Assembly: GCA_030704615.1 (NCBI GenBank)
Contig: CM060734.1
Coordinates: forward strand, 3,410,001-3,474,000
Origin: Takakia lepidozioides
Taxonomy: Eukaryota; Plantae; Bryophyta
Reading direction: 5' to 3'
DNA length: 64,000 nucleotides
Below are positions 1 through 13,219 of this stretch, one piece after another. The notes under the pieces were generated by a model. That model had not been told where the DNA came from and did not search any database. It worked only from the letters and a program-made list of their open reading frames with translations. The translations under genes and the position numbers were made by a program. Positions within the stretch are counted from its first letter, which is position 1, and the number at the start of each line of letters is the position of its first letter.

Positions 1-620
1 TACCAATGGGTGAGCCACTATGACATGCCAAGGATACAGGAAGAAATTCTTGGCAGGTACCTCTGGCACAACAGGACTTAAGACGTACAGATTGTGTTAC
101 AAGAATGTGTGGAGAACCCATGAGTGGCAAGAAAATACCTAGGAAGAAAGTTCGTGATACGACCACCATGCTTTCCTGCAGTGCAGATATACTTCCGAAC
201 GACCCTATGTGTGGCGGGACCATTATTTGAAACCCTGCAGGGAAACAAGTACATTTTCCTAGCCATTGATCACCACTCCCAATGGGTGGAGGCTATGGCT
301 ACTTCAGAGTGCTCACCTTTGAGTGCGGCCAAGTTCCTGGAGGAGGAAGTTGTATCCAGGTTTGGGCACCCACGGTTTTTGTTTACCGATCAAGAGTTTG
401 AGTGGCATGGGTGTTCAAGGAAATGTGTGAATGCATGGGTGTTTATCGTGGCATAAACACGCCCTTTTGGAACAAGAGCAATGAACAGGCTCGAAAAGGA
501 GCAACAGATGCAAAGCTGGGAATCATCAACCTGAGCATTGGCGATGGTGGTTGCGGTGCTCGTTGCGATGGTGGTTTTCATTCCGATGTTGGTTCTCACG
601 ATTTTTGGGGATGACAGAGT
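1..620 (+). mobile_element. Ty3/Gypsy LTR-retrotransposon integrase remnant
   Basis: ORF 124-456 reads GPLFETLQGNKYIFLAIDHHSQWVEA...EEVVSRFGHPRFLFTDQ, matching the rve integrase core. It is frameshifted and ends at the palindrome array. Confidence 0.8.
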
Positions 621-629
621 GACGACGAG

Positions 630-870
630 CCCCCGAGACGACTTCATCCAACGGGCCTCGGATGGAAATTTGGCGTCGTTTTTTCATCAGGGGGATGTTC
701 TCTCTCGGCCAGGTGTCGGCCTCTCCCCCCGAAACGACTTCATCCAACGGACCTCGGATAGAAATTCGGCGCCATTTTTCCATCCAGGTGATGTTCTCTA
801 TCGGCCAGGTGACCGACTCACCCTCGAGACGAAATCGTCCGACCGGCCTCGGATGCAAATTCGGCGCAGC
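630..870. repeat. Type-A palindrome array upstream of the MULE transposase
   Basis: Three imperfect copies of GGATGGAAA-ttcggcgccgtt-TTTCCATCC. The linker sequences match those at 13765-14145. Confidence 0.85.
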
Positions 871-1245
871 TGTTGTATGTTGACTTTTGGCGGCGAGGTT
901 CTGGCACTCAATCTTAATCAGACCCCCACTGGAATGCCACCTCTGTCAGTTCCCTCTGTCCATGGGGAAGGTGCTTGCACGCTCCCGCCCCCACGCTTCT
1001 TGTCAGACGCCGTAATGATTGGTTTGCGCAGCGCATCTGCACAGGTCATATACCTTCTGACTGCATACCGTTGGCAGTTATTGCACAAAGGCCAGGGGCC
1101 GCATTCCGCAGACAAGGTTCATTAACTCTCTGACAGTGGATTTTCAGGAGAGTGGGCTCCCCGGATTTGTGAATAGGCTTCGTCACTTGCAAAAATCGGC
1201 CCTGCATTCCTTCCCCTCGCTGCATCCCCCCTTCTCCCAGGGCGC

Positions 1246-3435
1246 TTGTCCGAACGCCGTTCTGGCAGTCTTGTGTGCACAACTCCCATGGCAGAAAACC
1301 CGAGCGCTATAGTGTACTGCCCTCCTCACGAGCATAGAGCTACATTTCCGTGCAGAGGGGAGATCTGTCGGGTGATGGAGAAATATCTCTACGTTCGATA
1401 CCACCTGAAACCGGGGTCGGTATTTTTGGAGGAGGAAATGAAGGATTCAAACGGAGTTGTAGTCGAAAATATTGTTGTGCTCCACGATGATTTCGGCGAC
1501 GGCAGGGAATGGCGAGTTCCACCATCGGACAGCGTCATATACAGGGCTGTTGGGGACTTCATTTGCCCCCCAAATGCGCCTTCTATCCTGCCGCCTTCCA
1601 CGAAACAATCCGCGAATCAGAGAGTGGGTACCTCAAAGAGAGAAGTCCGCAACGAAGTACATCCAGAGCCGAACCCATCAATGAAGACGAGCGAGAACCG
1701 GGTTGTTCACAACCTGTCTGACTCCGACGAGATCATGGAAGTTCCGAGATCATCCTGGAGATCAGGCAAGTCCTCAATGGACATCAGCGGACGAGGGAGT
1801 CATATTCCCAGCAAGAACACAACAGTTCGATCCATTCTTGAAATTCTGCGAGGGCTTCACACGGAGGGACACCGCTCGGAGCTGGCTGGACTGGACTACA
1901 GCAAGTTCGCCATTAAATCCATTACATGCCTTCCCGCAAACGTCGACGGTAATATGTTCTTTGAGTTCCCTCCTCGAACGGACTATTCGAGGGCGTCTGG
2001 AATGTTGACAGATATGGATAGGAAACATGACGGCCATCCTTGGTGCATCACCAAAACCACCAGCATGAAGATGCTCGATGGTGTGCGGGTGTGCTACGTT
2101 GTTTGTGCGGGCGCGTTGCGGTGTTTCTCCCCAACTTGCTTCCACTTTAAATCCAGAGGTCACAGGAACGAGACGGATTGGACAGGCACAGCTCATCAAC
2201 CATTTCGAGCTCAGGAGAAGGTTCCAAACTCCACATTTAAGTGTGCGCATTGCAAAGAACCACCACATTGCATGTCTGTTTGTAATGCCAAGCAGTTCTA
2301 TGTTGTTGCACCGTTTCCCTGACCTCACACGAGCTTGCATACACGTTGGTTCCCATTGTCACAAATTGGCGAGGGGAACTCGCGGGAGGCTGCCCACGAG
2401 GCAGAGCAGCTCGTTCAGGAGGAGGTTAGGTTAAGACCTGGTGCCAAACCCAAACAGATACAGCTGCAGGCCGCCCATAAGATGGCATTGGCCAGAATTA
2501 TGTCGGAAGACGGCTCCGACAGAGTTCCTCTCGATGAGAAGGAAATGGAGGCATTGCTGGAGTCGGTGTCCCACGTCTGTTCACCGAATGTCCGAAACCA
2601 CATTGTCTCCTGCAAACAGAAAATTGGGCGTGGCTCGGATATGCACTTCATTCTGGAGGTGAAGCGACGATGTGGATATGACTACATTCATGGAAGTAGG
2701 TTTCCAGGACAAGGGACTGAGGCAGATCGTTGTTTTGTATTCAAAATGTCCACGTGTGGGCCTGGCAGCGGCGTCGAACTGGTCGACCGGATGACGAGTG
2801 GGGACTTGTCAAACAGTTGGGTCATGTTCGACCATATCAAGCGAATTACAAATCACCAGTGGGTGACAATGGCTGCACATGTCTACGACACCCACTGCAG
2901 GATGCTAATGACAATTGCTATTTGTGAGATGAAAGGAGAGGACACACAATCGGAGATGCTTCTTTGGCAGGGAATAAACGAACAGATGGCCAGGGCGGGA
3001 TTGCCCCCTCCCAATTTCCGTGGTTTCATGGCGGACAACGCACAAGCAAATTGGGCTGCCATCCGAAGGGTGTACGGGGAAGACCCCAATGTTCCGATGG
3101 AAGGCAATGAGAGATCTTGTGGGTTCCATTTTTTGCAGAGCTTGTCGCAGTACACAACCCGGCTTGTGGCGCCAGAGTTCAGAGAGGAGCGCCGTTCCAT
3201 GTGTCTTGCGTGGAAGCGTGCTCCCACCTTGGATGATGCAGAGACACAATTTGCATGTATACGGGCTTGGTGGACAACGTCAGGTGCTGTAAAGAAATCA
3301 GACGAGGGAGCAATGGTCAGTTGGCTAGCATGGTGGCATTATCGTTTCCTCCAGTTTGGCGACTATATGCGGGAGGTGAGTTGGACGAATTCGCGTCACG
3401 TTGAATATTCGCCTAAGTCACGAACCAGCAGTTAA
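1246..3435 (+). pseudogene. Mutator-like (MULE) transposase: GCM/WRKY-like Zn-finger plus DDE core, frameshifted and 3'-truncated
   Basis: N-terminal part: DGHPW...CAGALRC...C...CAHC...C...(frameshift)...CIHVGSHCH. Core: WVMFDH...FRGFMADNAQA...SCGFHF (two catalytic Asp, then the CxxH typical of MULE). Two frameshifts near 2315 and 2375; probable GT donor at ~3376. Confidence 0.75.
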
Positions 3436-3902
3436 CAGTCCTGTCTTGGGCAACCATCAGTCAAGAGTGGAAGGCGAGCTTGGCCGCATTAGCGACTGCC
3501 AATATCTACCATCTATCAACGTTGTCAGGACTGAGGGGAGAACACTACCTGAAGCAGAAGCTGACTAGGAAATGTTTGCAAAGAAAGAGTCAACAGCTGA
3601 GAGGGAAGAATCAATGAGTGAGGAAGCTGCATGTGAGACAGATGGAGCAGCAGGGCTCTTTGGGGAGCCAAATTCAAATCAGAACAACCATGCTGATGAG
3701 GAAATTTCTCATGGTTTGCACAATCAAGAAAAGCAGGCTGCTGCACAAACCAATTCACTGCAACGCAGCACCACAGTACAGGGCAAGGAAGCCCAACGCA
3801 TGAAGGCGAGATTCAAGGGGCATACAATCAGGGCAACAGCTCAAGCACGAGTGCAAAGGGGCCAAGCACGCTAGATGACTCAGAAACGGTATGGATGGAG
3901 AA

Positions 3903-5384
3903 CAACGATGCAACGACATGAGCCCCGCGCGTGAGGGTGTGAGCACGCGCTCACACAACGGTGATGTGGCGTGAGCCTACGCTCACAGCAGTGTACGTGG
4001 CGTGAGCGCAAGGTCATGCCACATGGCGTGAGCATGCTTAGGTGGAGCGGATATACTGCCGTGGCACTACGACTGACATCGTCACATCATCAAAAACATG
4101 CGGCGCCTATAACCGAGGGTCCTATAACCGTGGGACTTGTTTTTCAACACAAGGGAGGAAGAAAACCCTAAACCCTAAACCCGCAAACCCTAACCCTAAA
4201 TCATAAACCCTAAATTCCATCTAGGAGAAGTGATGATCGTCAACGATCATCACAACTACCCAAATGCCAAAACAAAGCAGAAGTGATGATCATCGACGAT
4301 CATCACGACCTCTACCCAAATGCCAAACCAGAGCAGAAGTGATGATCGTCGACGATCATGACCTCTGCTAGATGGAGTTTAGGGTTACGATTTAGGGTCA
4401 GGGTTTGTAGTTTAGGGTTTAGGGTTAGGGTTAGGGTTTAGGATTTGAACATGATTGAATACACAGTTCGATGCCATGGTAATCGCAAAGCCTGCCTCGC
4501 ACCGTCTCTCCTCCGTTTCTGTCACGCCCGCCATCACCCCTCCCTCCCTGCCTGTCCACCTCCCTGCCTGTATCGGTTTGTTTTTCTCTACGATTACATA
4601 TACATATTGCAATTACGTATGTATATCTTCTGTAAATATGTACGTATGTACACACACGAGCTGGACACATTCATCTATGCAGAGGACTATGCATCCAGAT
4701 CCACAAACATTCATCCATAAGAAGTGCATTCGCTTGTGTCAAGACAAACTGATACATTGACTTTCTTCCCGATTATCCCGGAGAATGTTTCATTCAAACA
4801 CAACGATTTCCAAACATGCAAAGGGCTTAGTATGTAGACCATATCTAAATCAGTCTATTCCATTTGGGCGATTTTCACGTAGGAAAGCCTCAGTTCCACT
4901 CCGGCTAACTTTGAGGGTTGGGGATCTGCACTAGGAACTGCTACTATACCTTGTTATCGACTGATACAAAAGCTTGTTGTAACTAGCACGCTCATTCTCC
5001 CTTTTATGGGAGGGATAAAGGTCTCACTTTGGCAATCGCACACTTATCAAATCGCAGGTTATGACACGAGGGCCGACGGTTAAAGATGTAGTCTGCAATG
5101 ACTGGAAAGGGTAAATCATTCCGCGAAAATAGGCACCTACCTCACGCCTCTGGGCTCACGATCTAGCATTCCCCCCTTCCGCCTGTTCTGTCCGTGGTTA
5201 TAGGTCCGTGCCTATGGAAATGACGTGCAATCAAGTGACGTGGCGTCAACCACATTGGCGAGGACTGCTGACGTGCCGTGACACCCGTGAACCAACATGG
5301 CGAGAACTGCTGACGTGGCGTGAGCCTAACTGCGCTCACGTGCTCCCACGCTCCTGAGGCCAGGCTCACGCGGAGGCATCCCCC
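3903..5384 (-). mobile_element. Non-autonomous MULE copy 1 with exact 9-bp TSD GATGGAGAA
   Basis: TSD at 3894-3902 and 5385-5393. Both ends are reverse complements of the ends of 36435-39831 and 44469-46344. Contains type-B palindromes at 4228-4365. Confidence 0.85.
4162..4443. repeat. Outward-facing telomere-like tracts around type-B palindromes
   Basis: (AAACCCT)n at 4162-4213 and (TTTAGGG/TTAGGG)n at 4378-4443, joined by the inverted repeat AAATTCCATCTAG / CTAGATGGAGTTT. Confidence 0.8.
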
Positions 5385-5402
5385 GATGGAGAAGCTGTAA
5401 GG

Positions 5403-8400
5403 TCAATCTCTGGTGGATCTGGCGATCGTTTCCTGCGCCGTTGCCGTCGCGTTGGTAGGGATGAAATGGGCAATTTTACTGAACCTATCCACCACCACCA
5501 TAATTGCATCAAATCCTCTTGACAGCAGCAAGCTTGTCGTGAAATCCATTGAGATACTCTCCCAAGGCCCTGCTGGAATCGGCAAAGGTTGTAATAGCCC
5601 CGCTTGTTTTTTGTACTCACTCCGGTTTTGTTGGCATGTGGTGCATGTCTTGACATACTCCTCGGCCTCCTCCCTTAGTTTGGGCCAGAAATACTCCTTC
5701 TTCAAGAGTGTTGCGGTGCGCTTGGCCCCGTCGTGGCCCGCAAGCAGGCCATCATGGCACTCCCTCAAGAGACTTTCTCTGAGCCCTCCCTTCAGCACAT
5801 AGAGATGCTTTTGTTTGTACTGGAGCAGTCCATTCTGCAATTGGAACTACAACTTAACCCCTAGCCTCAAGTCCTGCATCACGGACTTAGCCCACTTGTC
5901 CTTTCGGTAAGCCCTCCGTATCCTCCTTTGCAACTTTGTCTCACCCTTGTACACCAACATGAGTTGTTGCTTCCTACTCAAAGCATTGGCCACCACGTTG
6001 TCCCGTCCCAGCTTGTACTGGATATCCACATTAAACAATGTCAAAGTGTCTTGCCACCTAATTTGTTTTGGGGACAACTTATGACCTAGGTTGTGTGGCA
6101 AAATACTTCACCGTGACATTGCCGTGAACGCCTTCACCGGGTTGGAACCAACATAGTGACGCCAAAGCTCAAGACAGTGCACCACCGCCTTCATTTCCTT
6201 CTCATGCATAGGCCACCGCCTCTCCACCCTTGTTCAGTTTCTTACTTTTGTAAGCCACTGGACACCCATCTTGCATCAGAACACCCCCAATTGCAAAGTC
6301 CGACGCGTCTGTGTGAATCTCAAACGGACGGTCGAACTCCGGGATCTTTAAGACTGGAGCTTCCGCCATCCGCTGCTTCAACTCGGCAAATGCTTGGCCA
6401 CAAAAGGTGTTCCACACCCACACCTTAGATTTATGCAAAAGGTCCGATAGCGGCCCGACAATCTTGGCAAAATTCCTCACATACTTTTGGTAGTAGGAGG
6501 CGAGCCATAAAAAGGATCGCACTCCCGGGACCGAAGTCAAAGGTTCCCAGTCCAAGATTGCCCTCACCTTTCTATCATCCATTTTTATCCCATCCTACGT
6601 AATCACATGCCCAAGGAACTCCACTTTTGTGACCCCAAATTCGCACTTTGAAGCCTTGGCGTAGAGCTTCCATTCCCGCAATTTTGGAACACCCTTTTGA
6701 GGTGCTCCAGGTGGTCTTCTTTTGTTTTGGAGTAGACCAAGATGTCATCAATGTACACGATCACAAAGTCATCTAGCCACTCCTGGAAGAGGCTATTCAT
6801 CAAGGTGCTAAAGGTTATTGGTGCATTGGTGAGCCCAAATGGCATCACCAAAAATTCATATAAGCCGTACTTTGTCCTGCACGCCGTCTTCTCTTCGTGT
6901 CCTTCCGCTACCAAATCTGATGGTAACATGAGCGCAAGTCGATCCGACTGAAATATTTCGCGCCTGCCAACCAATTGAAGAGGTCGTCAATCCTTGGCAA
7001 AGGGTACCGGTTTTTTATAGTCACCTTGTTCAGAGCCCTGTAATCGACACACATCCACAACGTTCCATCCTTTTTATCTGCGAATAGCACCGAGGCTCCG
7101 TAAGGTAACTTACTTTGCCGGATGTATCCCTTTGCCATGAGGTCCTTGAGCTACTCCTTCAGCTCCACCAACTCTCTATGAGTCATTCGGTAGGGCGCCT
7201 TGGCAGGCAGCTCCGATCCCGACACCACCTCAATCTTGTGGTCGACCCCTCTTTGCGGTGGCAAGCCGTTTAGTAAATTGTCCAGCATCACATCCTATTA
7301 TTTCTTCAATATCCCCTAAATCCAATCGGGGCTCGGCTCCCGCTCGACTTCTCCTTCCACTTGCCTCACGTAAAGCAAAAACTCGGGCTCGTGTGGTCCT
7401 TCCACGGCCCACTCATTCGCTGTTAGCAGGTTTATTCGCCCTCCCACTCGGTTGGGCATTTCCGAAACTCATAAGACTTCACTACCATTCCCACACGGCA
7501 ATGTGACCACCCTCTTGCCACCATCTATGACCGCTCCAAATTTGCTCAAAAATGTCATTCCCAAAATGAGGTCAATTCCATCAACCTCGCAAATCGTGAA
7601 GTCCTCACGCCCCTCCCAACTCCCTAGTTGAAGAGGGACGTTGAACGCCACTCTCCTTGCCAGTTCTGGCTCTCCTTTGGCAGAGTGCACTTCGATAGAG
7701 GCCCCCACGTCAATTGTAAGGAGCCCCAGCTTCCGTGTTGTTGCCGGTGTCATGAAGGAGTGCGGTGCTCCTGTGTCCACCAACAACGATACATTAGTTC
7801 CAAAAAAATTCCCACTTATGAACATTAAGCGACTTCCGCTACGTAATGCCCCCGCCTCCTGGGGGATGAGCAGTGGTGAGCATTTGAGCGGGTGAGTGGT
7901 GAGCAGATGAGCGTGTGAGCGGCCAAATGTTTATAGGTTCGGACATGAGAATCTAATCAAACCTATAGGTTTGGTGAGATTTATAGGTTCGACACCAATA
8001 ATATGGCTTTGGGTATAGGTTCGGTTTAGGTTCGGAAATAGGCTCGGGCTTGGTTCTCCGGTGAACCACACATTGATAGTATAATATGTGGTTCGCTGGA
8101 GAACTATATGATGCCGAACCTAATCCCGATCCAAACTCCAAACCTAATAAAATACAAAAATAAATCCTCATATGTATAAATTATTGTGAGCATATAAATT
8201 TATTGTATGTGAAAATCTTAAATTGTGCTCACATAATATTCACTTTTGATTTTATGCTCACTAAAATTTTGGTCTGCTCACCCGCTCACCCGCTCACCAA
8301 CTATATTCAACGCCCCCCCCTCTTGATGTACAACTCACAAGTGTAGCTACCTACCTTGCAAGTTTGGGCGACCACCGCCTCCACCAAACTGCTGATGTAG

Positions 8401-8969
8401 TCTTCAGACAGCTCCGTGGTCGCCCGGGTCATGTTCAAATGCTTGGGTTCTGAGCATTTCTTGGCCATGTGCCCGGTTTTTCCGCAATTAAAGCACACCC
8501 CATCAAAGGTCGCATTTTGCCCGTCATGAGCCGCCGCATTTTATTTCCCTTTCGAAGCAATGGGTGCCGCCTTGACGTGCAAAGGCCCTCCCTTGTTGCC
8601 GCGTGGCTTATCCCACTTCTTTCCGACTTGAAGGAATCACCCTCCCGTCGGACCTTCTTGTGGTTCAGCTCCGTATGGCCCTGTCTTTCGCCCGTAGGCA
8701 TTCAGCCCTTTCAATCGCCTCATTCAAAGTCTTTGGTGGCCTCTCCTCCAACATCCGCTTGGCCCATGGGCCAGTCCCGCCATAAAGTTGAAGACCATTT
8801 CTAGTTCTGCCATGTCCGCAACTTCGAGCAATAGCACATTGAAAGCCTGAACATAGCCCCGAATGTCATCTGTCTGTTTCAAGTTCCTCACCTTGTCCTG
8901 GGCGAGCCAGGACGCGTTGAGGGGTATGAATTGTTTTTTCATGAGTTCCTTGAACCCACTCCAGTTCAT
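5403..8969 (-). mobile_element. Degenerate Ty3/Gypsy gag-pol
   Basis: Domains in Gypsy order on the minus strand: gag (WSGFKELMKKQFIP), Zn knuckle CFNCGKTGHMAKKC, protease LLVDTGA, RT ([18 protein letters not shown]), RNase H (TDASDFAIGGVL), integrase HHCC and start of core (PWESISMDF). Many frameshifts. Confidence 0.92.
7871..8303. mobile_element. MITE-like insertion between the Gypsy Zn knuckle and protease
   Basis: Imperfect terminal inverted repeats (CAGTGGTGAGC...GGTGAGCAG / CTGCTCACC...GCTCACCAACTA) around an AT-rich non-coding interior. No clear TSD. Confidence 0.55.
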
Positions 8970-9994
8970 GGTCTCCGGGCTCAGCCCCGGTCTTGAAGGC
9001 GCTTCTTACCTGATTTGGCTATCCTATGAGCCTTGTCACGCTCGTAATTCCTCGCCGCCCTTGCCTGCTGCTCACTGCTCCTGCCCCAGCTCTGCTGATT
9101 CCCGCCAGACTCCATGCTAACACAAAAACAGCATTTATAGCCTCTCAGGCTGTAAATGCTAACCGCCGAATATAAAGAAAACGCCGCAACACTTTTTCAA
9201 AACCCTTATGCATACACCTCGTGCTTGAAGCCCTGGTGTGATCACTCTTTCTCCTGCGCAGCCCGCGTCTATGCTAGAAACACTAGACTGATAGCCCGAA
9301 CGTTGCATGGAGGTGTGGAATCCATCCACATGAATTCTCATCCAACAAGTTACGTGGGATGATAACCCGCGATTTCATCCGTAGAAATCAACCAACAGAT
9401 TTCATCAAGGGACTTAGCCAAAAACGCACCCAGGTGACCTCTAAGTGCTAATTTTTTTTTTGAAAAAACAGGGCACAAAAATTGCACCACATATGTGGTG
9501 TGGCTCCTGTTTTAAGTGACAACGGCCCTGTTGTCTTCCGGCTGACTCTCGCCCTACTGGGCACCCGTGAGCCTGGACAGTGGATATATGACCATGTGGA
9601 TCCTATCTCTTGAATCGGTAATCTTGCATGATGGCATGCAACCTCACATCCCAATGAGCTGTGAAGCTTAAGATCGTTGTAGGAAGGTTAGAGGATAAGG
9701 CAAATCGCAAGTTTAGTGGGTGGGTAACCAAAGTCAGGAACTAAACTCACCCATCTATCGACTGCTTGAACGTTGCTTCCACCTCATTTATGGCAGCAAT
9801 CCGGTGCTCTCGGAACTTCTCGTACTCAGTGAGAAGGACTATCACTTTGAAGACCTTCCGCTTCACCATGGACACTCAGAAACAATACTTATAGTATACT
9901 ATAGATATAGAAATAGCACATTGGCAGCTGGTGCAAAACAAGAGACAATGCACTGTGCGTAGCATGCAAAGAGGGAAGGGGTGACGTTCAAAGC

Positions 9995-10862
9995 ATGTAT
10001 AGTGCAGGTGGCGACCGGATGCGTAGGCGTAGAATAGATGACCGTCTATGGCGAATGGAAGAAGCTTATGCCACAAGGAATGGGCATACAAAAATGCTAT
10101 GCAACTGCGATGAGTGTCATGGAGGAAAAGTACTGTTGTTGGAAACAGTGAGGAATCATTACATGTTATACGGGAGGAATCCTCTTCTCCGACGCTGTTC
10201 TCTTCCGGTACGATCGCCACTTTCCCTTCAGCACTTTAGTTTGAATTTTGAATGCAACGATCCTCTTCTCCGCATGTCGACATTTCGTTGGGTGATTGTA
10301 GTCAAGAAGTCATAAGATACAGACGTGACTATGACTACGCCACTTCCGTTATCACTTTAATTAATGCACATGTCGTGTTTTCATTGGTCATGTGTAGTCA
10401 TGTAGTCATATATGACTAACTAAGTGACTGCAACTATGACTTCAATGGCTACAAATGTCGTGTTTTGATTGGGTGTATATTCATAAGATACGTACGTAAA
10501 TATGACTGCATCACTGCAACGTCACCGTGCCTCCTATGTCATAATATGAACATAATATGTCACATCGTTGTTGGTCCACTCACAAGATGACTATTGGGAT
10601 GCAGGGATGTGAATATTCAGATGATGAAGACGAAGGCCCAGGGGCACAGCGGGAGCCCAATGTCACAGAGAACGCAGATGAGAGTGGTGGATTGGAGGTA
10701 GAAATCCAGCGTGCATTGCAGGAAGCATTTCTCTTTGCAGATGCAAACAGAGAGGACCCCATTCATGGTGGAACGGATCACACATTTGCCGATCATGACG
10801 ATGACCTCGACGATTCCGGAGACAATGAATTTGACTGCTTTCATGGGGATCACATACAGTGA
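9995..10862 (+). pseudogene. CACTA/EnSpm transposase N-terminal (transposase-associated) fragment
   Basis: KMLCNCDECHGGKVLLLETVRNHYMLYG fits the CxCxxC...V..H...G pattern; an acidic exon follows. Confidence 0.6.
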
Positions 10863-11999
10863 GGAGGTGGGAGCAAAGATAGAGCGACATGTTGGTGAGT
10901 TGGAAGAGCTTGAAGGGGAGCATGTTGAGGTACCAGGGGTTAAATTGCTCATGTGTAGTGGAAGGGGAGGAGTACAAACGTAAGTTCTGCTGCAATAATT
11001 TTTTGTTTTCCAGCCTACATGTTCTTGTTGGATATTAATTGAAGTGCTTTCAATGTTGCTGCAATACCATAATAAAGTGGAGGCTGCCGAATGCAGTTGG
11101 CCTTGCTTGGTGCGGACAGAATCCATTACAATGTGGAGATGGCTGATTATAGCATTTCTAGAGGATGGTGTGGATGGCCTTGCGTGGTGCATGCAGAGTC
11201 CGTGGCAATGTGGAGATGGCTGAATGGGCAAAGGAGGCACGTTGCAAAGAAGCCACGTCACTGGTACATAGTTGTGTGCGACATACTACAAGAAACTGTA
11301 CTATATGTCATTCCAGATACTGTCATTGTTGGTCCATGTGTTTTACAACAATGCTATCAATCTAAGACTTCTGGTTCGCATTGGAAGCTCAATCCCTGTA
11401 AGTTCATCGTGTGTGAAGCTCAAACTTGTGATTTGAAGGATCTTGTAGCCAAGTTCATTCAACCGGAAAGGAAAAATTCTGAAAGCTCCCAAATTTGATG
11501 TGGGCAAGCTTATGGAGGTAAGACTTAGCTTCCCTCCTCTAATGTAAGTGTTGGATAAGTTTCATTTAGTGTCGACCTTCACTGCATATATTGGCTCTTT
11601 TCTTGGCTGGTTTCATATTTTCTTGGCTGGTATGCTGTTGGTTGGCTTCTTTCATTTCACGTGTGCAGTGGAAGGGGAGAAGTACTTTCCTAAGTTCTGC
11701 TGCAACTTTTTCCAGCCTAGATGTTCTCAATGGATACAAATTGAAGTGTTTTGAATGTTGCTGCAATACTATAATAAAGTGGAGGGTGCTGAATGCAGTT
11801 GGCCTTGCTTCGTGCAGGCATAATCCAGGGAAATGTGGACATAGCTGAAACCCCATGATAGCATTTCCAGAGGACGGTGTGGATGGCCTCACAATCCAGC
11901 ATGCAAAATCCATGGCAATGTGGAGATGGCTGAATGGGCAAACACGTTAAGTGGCGAACAAGCCACGTCACTGGTACATAGTTGCATGCTTACATAGTA

Positions 12000-12275
12000 C
12001 ATGAAAGCGGCCAATCCAAATCGCAGAGATCGTGGCTCTGCAGCAAAATCCTCAAATGTGGTGTTAATGTGTCTCCATGCTTTGCTATAGCTGGATGTTG
12101 AACCAACCCATCCTGGCTCTTATGTCTGTCGTGCCATGTCATGAGGTTAGCGATCGATTTACATCGGTACATACGTTTCAACCTTGGAATGACAGGGAAG
12201 TGTCGCAATACTTTCTTGGGCACACTTCCACGACCTGGAATGTAACGGGAACTGCGGCACACTGGGCAAATGTCT
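12000..12275 (-). pseudogene. CACTA/EnSpm Tnp2 transposase fragment
   Basis: ICPVCRSSRY...VPKKVLRHFPVIPRLKRMYRCKSIANLMTWH...QHPA is characteristic of the region leading into Transposase_21. Confidence 0.85.
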
Positions 12276-13219
12276 AACAACAATGAAAACAAAAAAAAAC
12301 CAAGTATGGAGTGGCATGGAACAACAATGAAAACAAATCGAACCAATGCCTAAGAATGACATGCACAAGCAGCCTTCTCCAGAGCTGCCGGCTTTGCACA
12401 CGCATTGCAAACTATCTAAGGTTCACTCAACCAGTAACATGAAACACGATGAACAAATGAACATGAATTCCATAAGACGGGAAAACAGGGTGAAATGTTT
12501 TGAAGGCACTTCATCTGCTCAGACAATCTTCTCAGCTCAGCATGGATTTCCTTAATTCCGAGATGCAACCTGTTATCTACAGCGAGGTGTGCACCCTATT
12601 GCAAATCTGAATGCAACAACGACCTGGCTCCTTTCTAACCACTCTGACCTTGATCATTCTTCTCAACAACTCCTACTTTTGCGATGTAACCATGCGCTTC
12701 CAGGGCTGCTAGGCTGAAGATGCGAAAACAAACCAAAAAACGAAGAAAACCGCACGTGTTACACAAAGCGAAAGAGGAAGTGGCTTGCCTGAGAGTGCTC
12801 GGCTTCAGTTGGCACGGGTTGTGAGCAAGACAATGGAATCTCCTGCTGGAGCTTAAGTTTGGCCATGCGAGAGGTTGGACGTCGCCCGTAGTACAAAGCC
12901 TTCAGCTTCCGCCGCGGTCTAGATGTGGGGTCTCTCTCAGTAGAACCACGCCCTTCTCCACGCGGCATAAGTCCCAGCAAAAGAAAAAAGATCTCGCCAA
13001 ATGTGTGCGTACATGCCTCGAATAGAAGTTCATCCAAGTTTAGCATCAGGTTTCCAAGGCGTATCCGGGAAGCAACCGCGGAATCCCTGTGTCGCCAGCC
13101 CGGTTCAAAACCGATGGCGGAGGACATTTAATGCCCAACTGCGCCATTAATGTATGGAGGTCGGTCACAGGCGCCCACCGAATATCCCCCCGAGACTTCG
13201 TCAATCGCCCGCTGATTTG

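Noticed and set aside
4162-4443. Real telomere or chromosome fusion site
   Set aside because: Tracts are short and degenerate, lie inside a TSD-bounded element, and face the opposite way to an end-to-end fusion.
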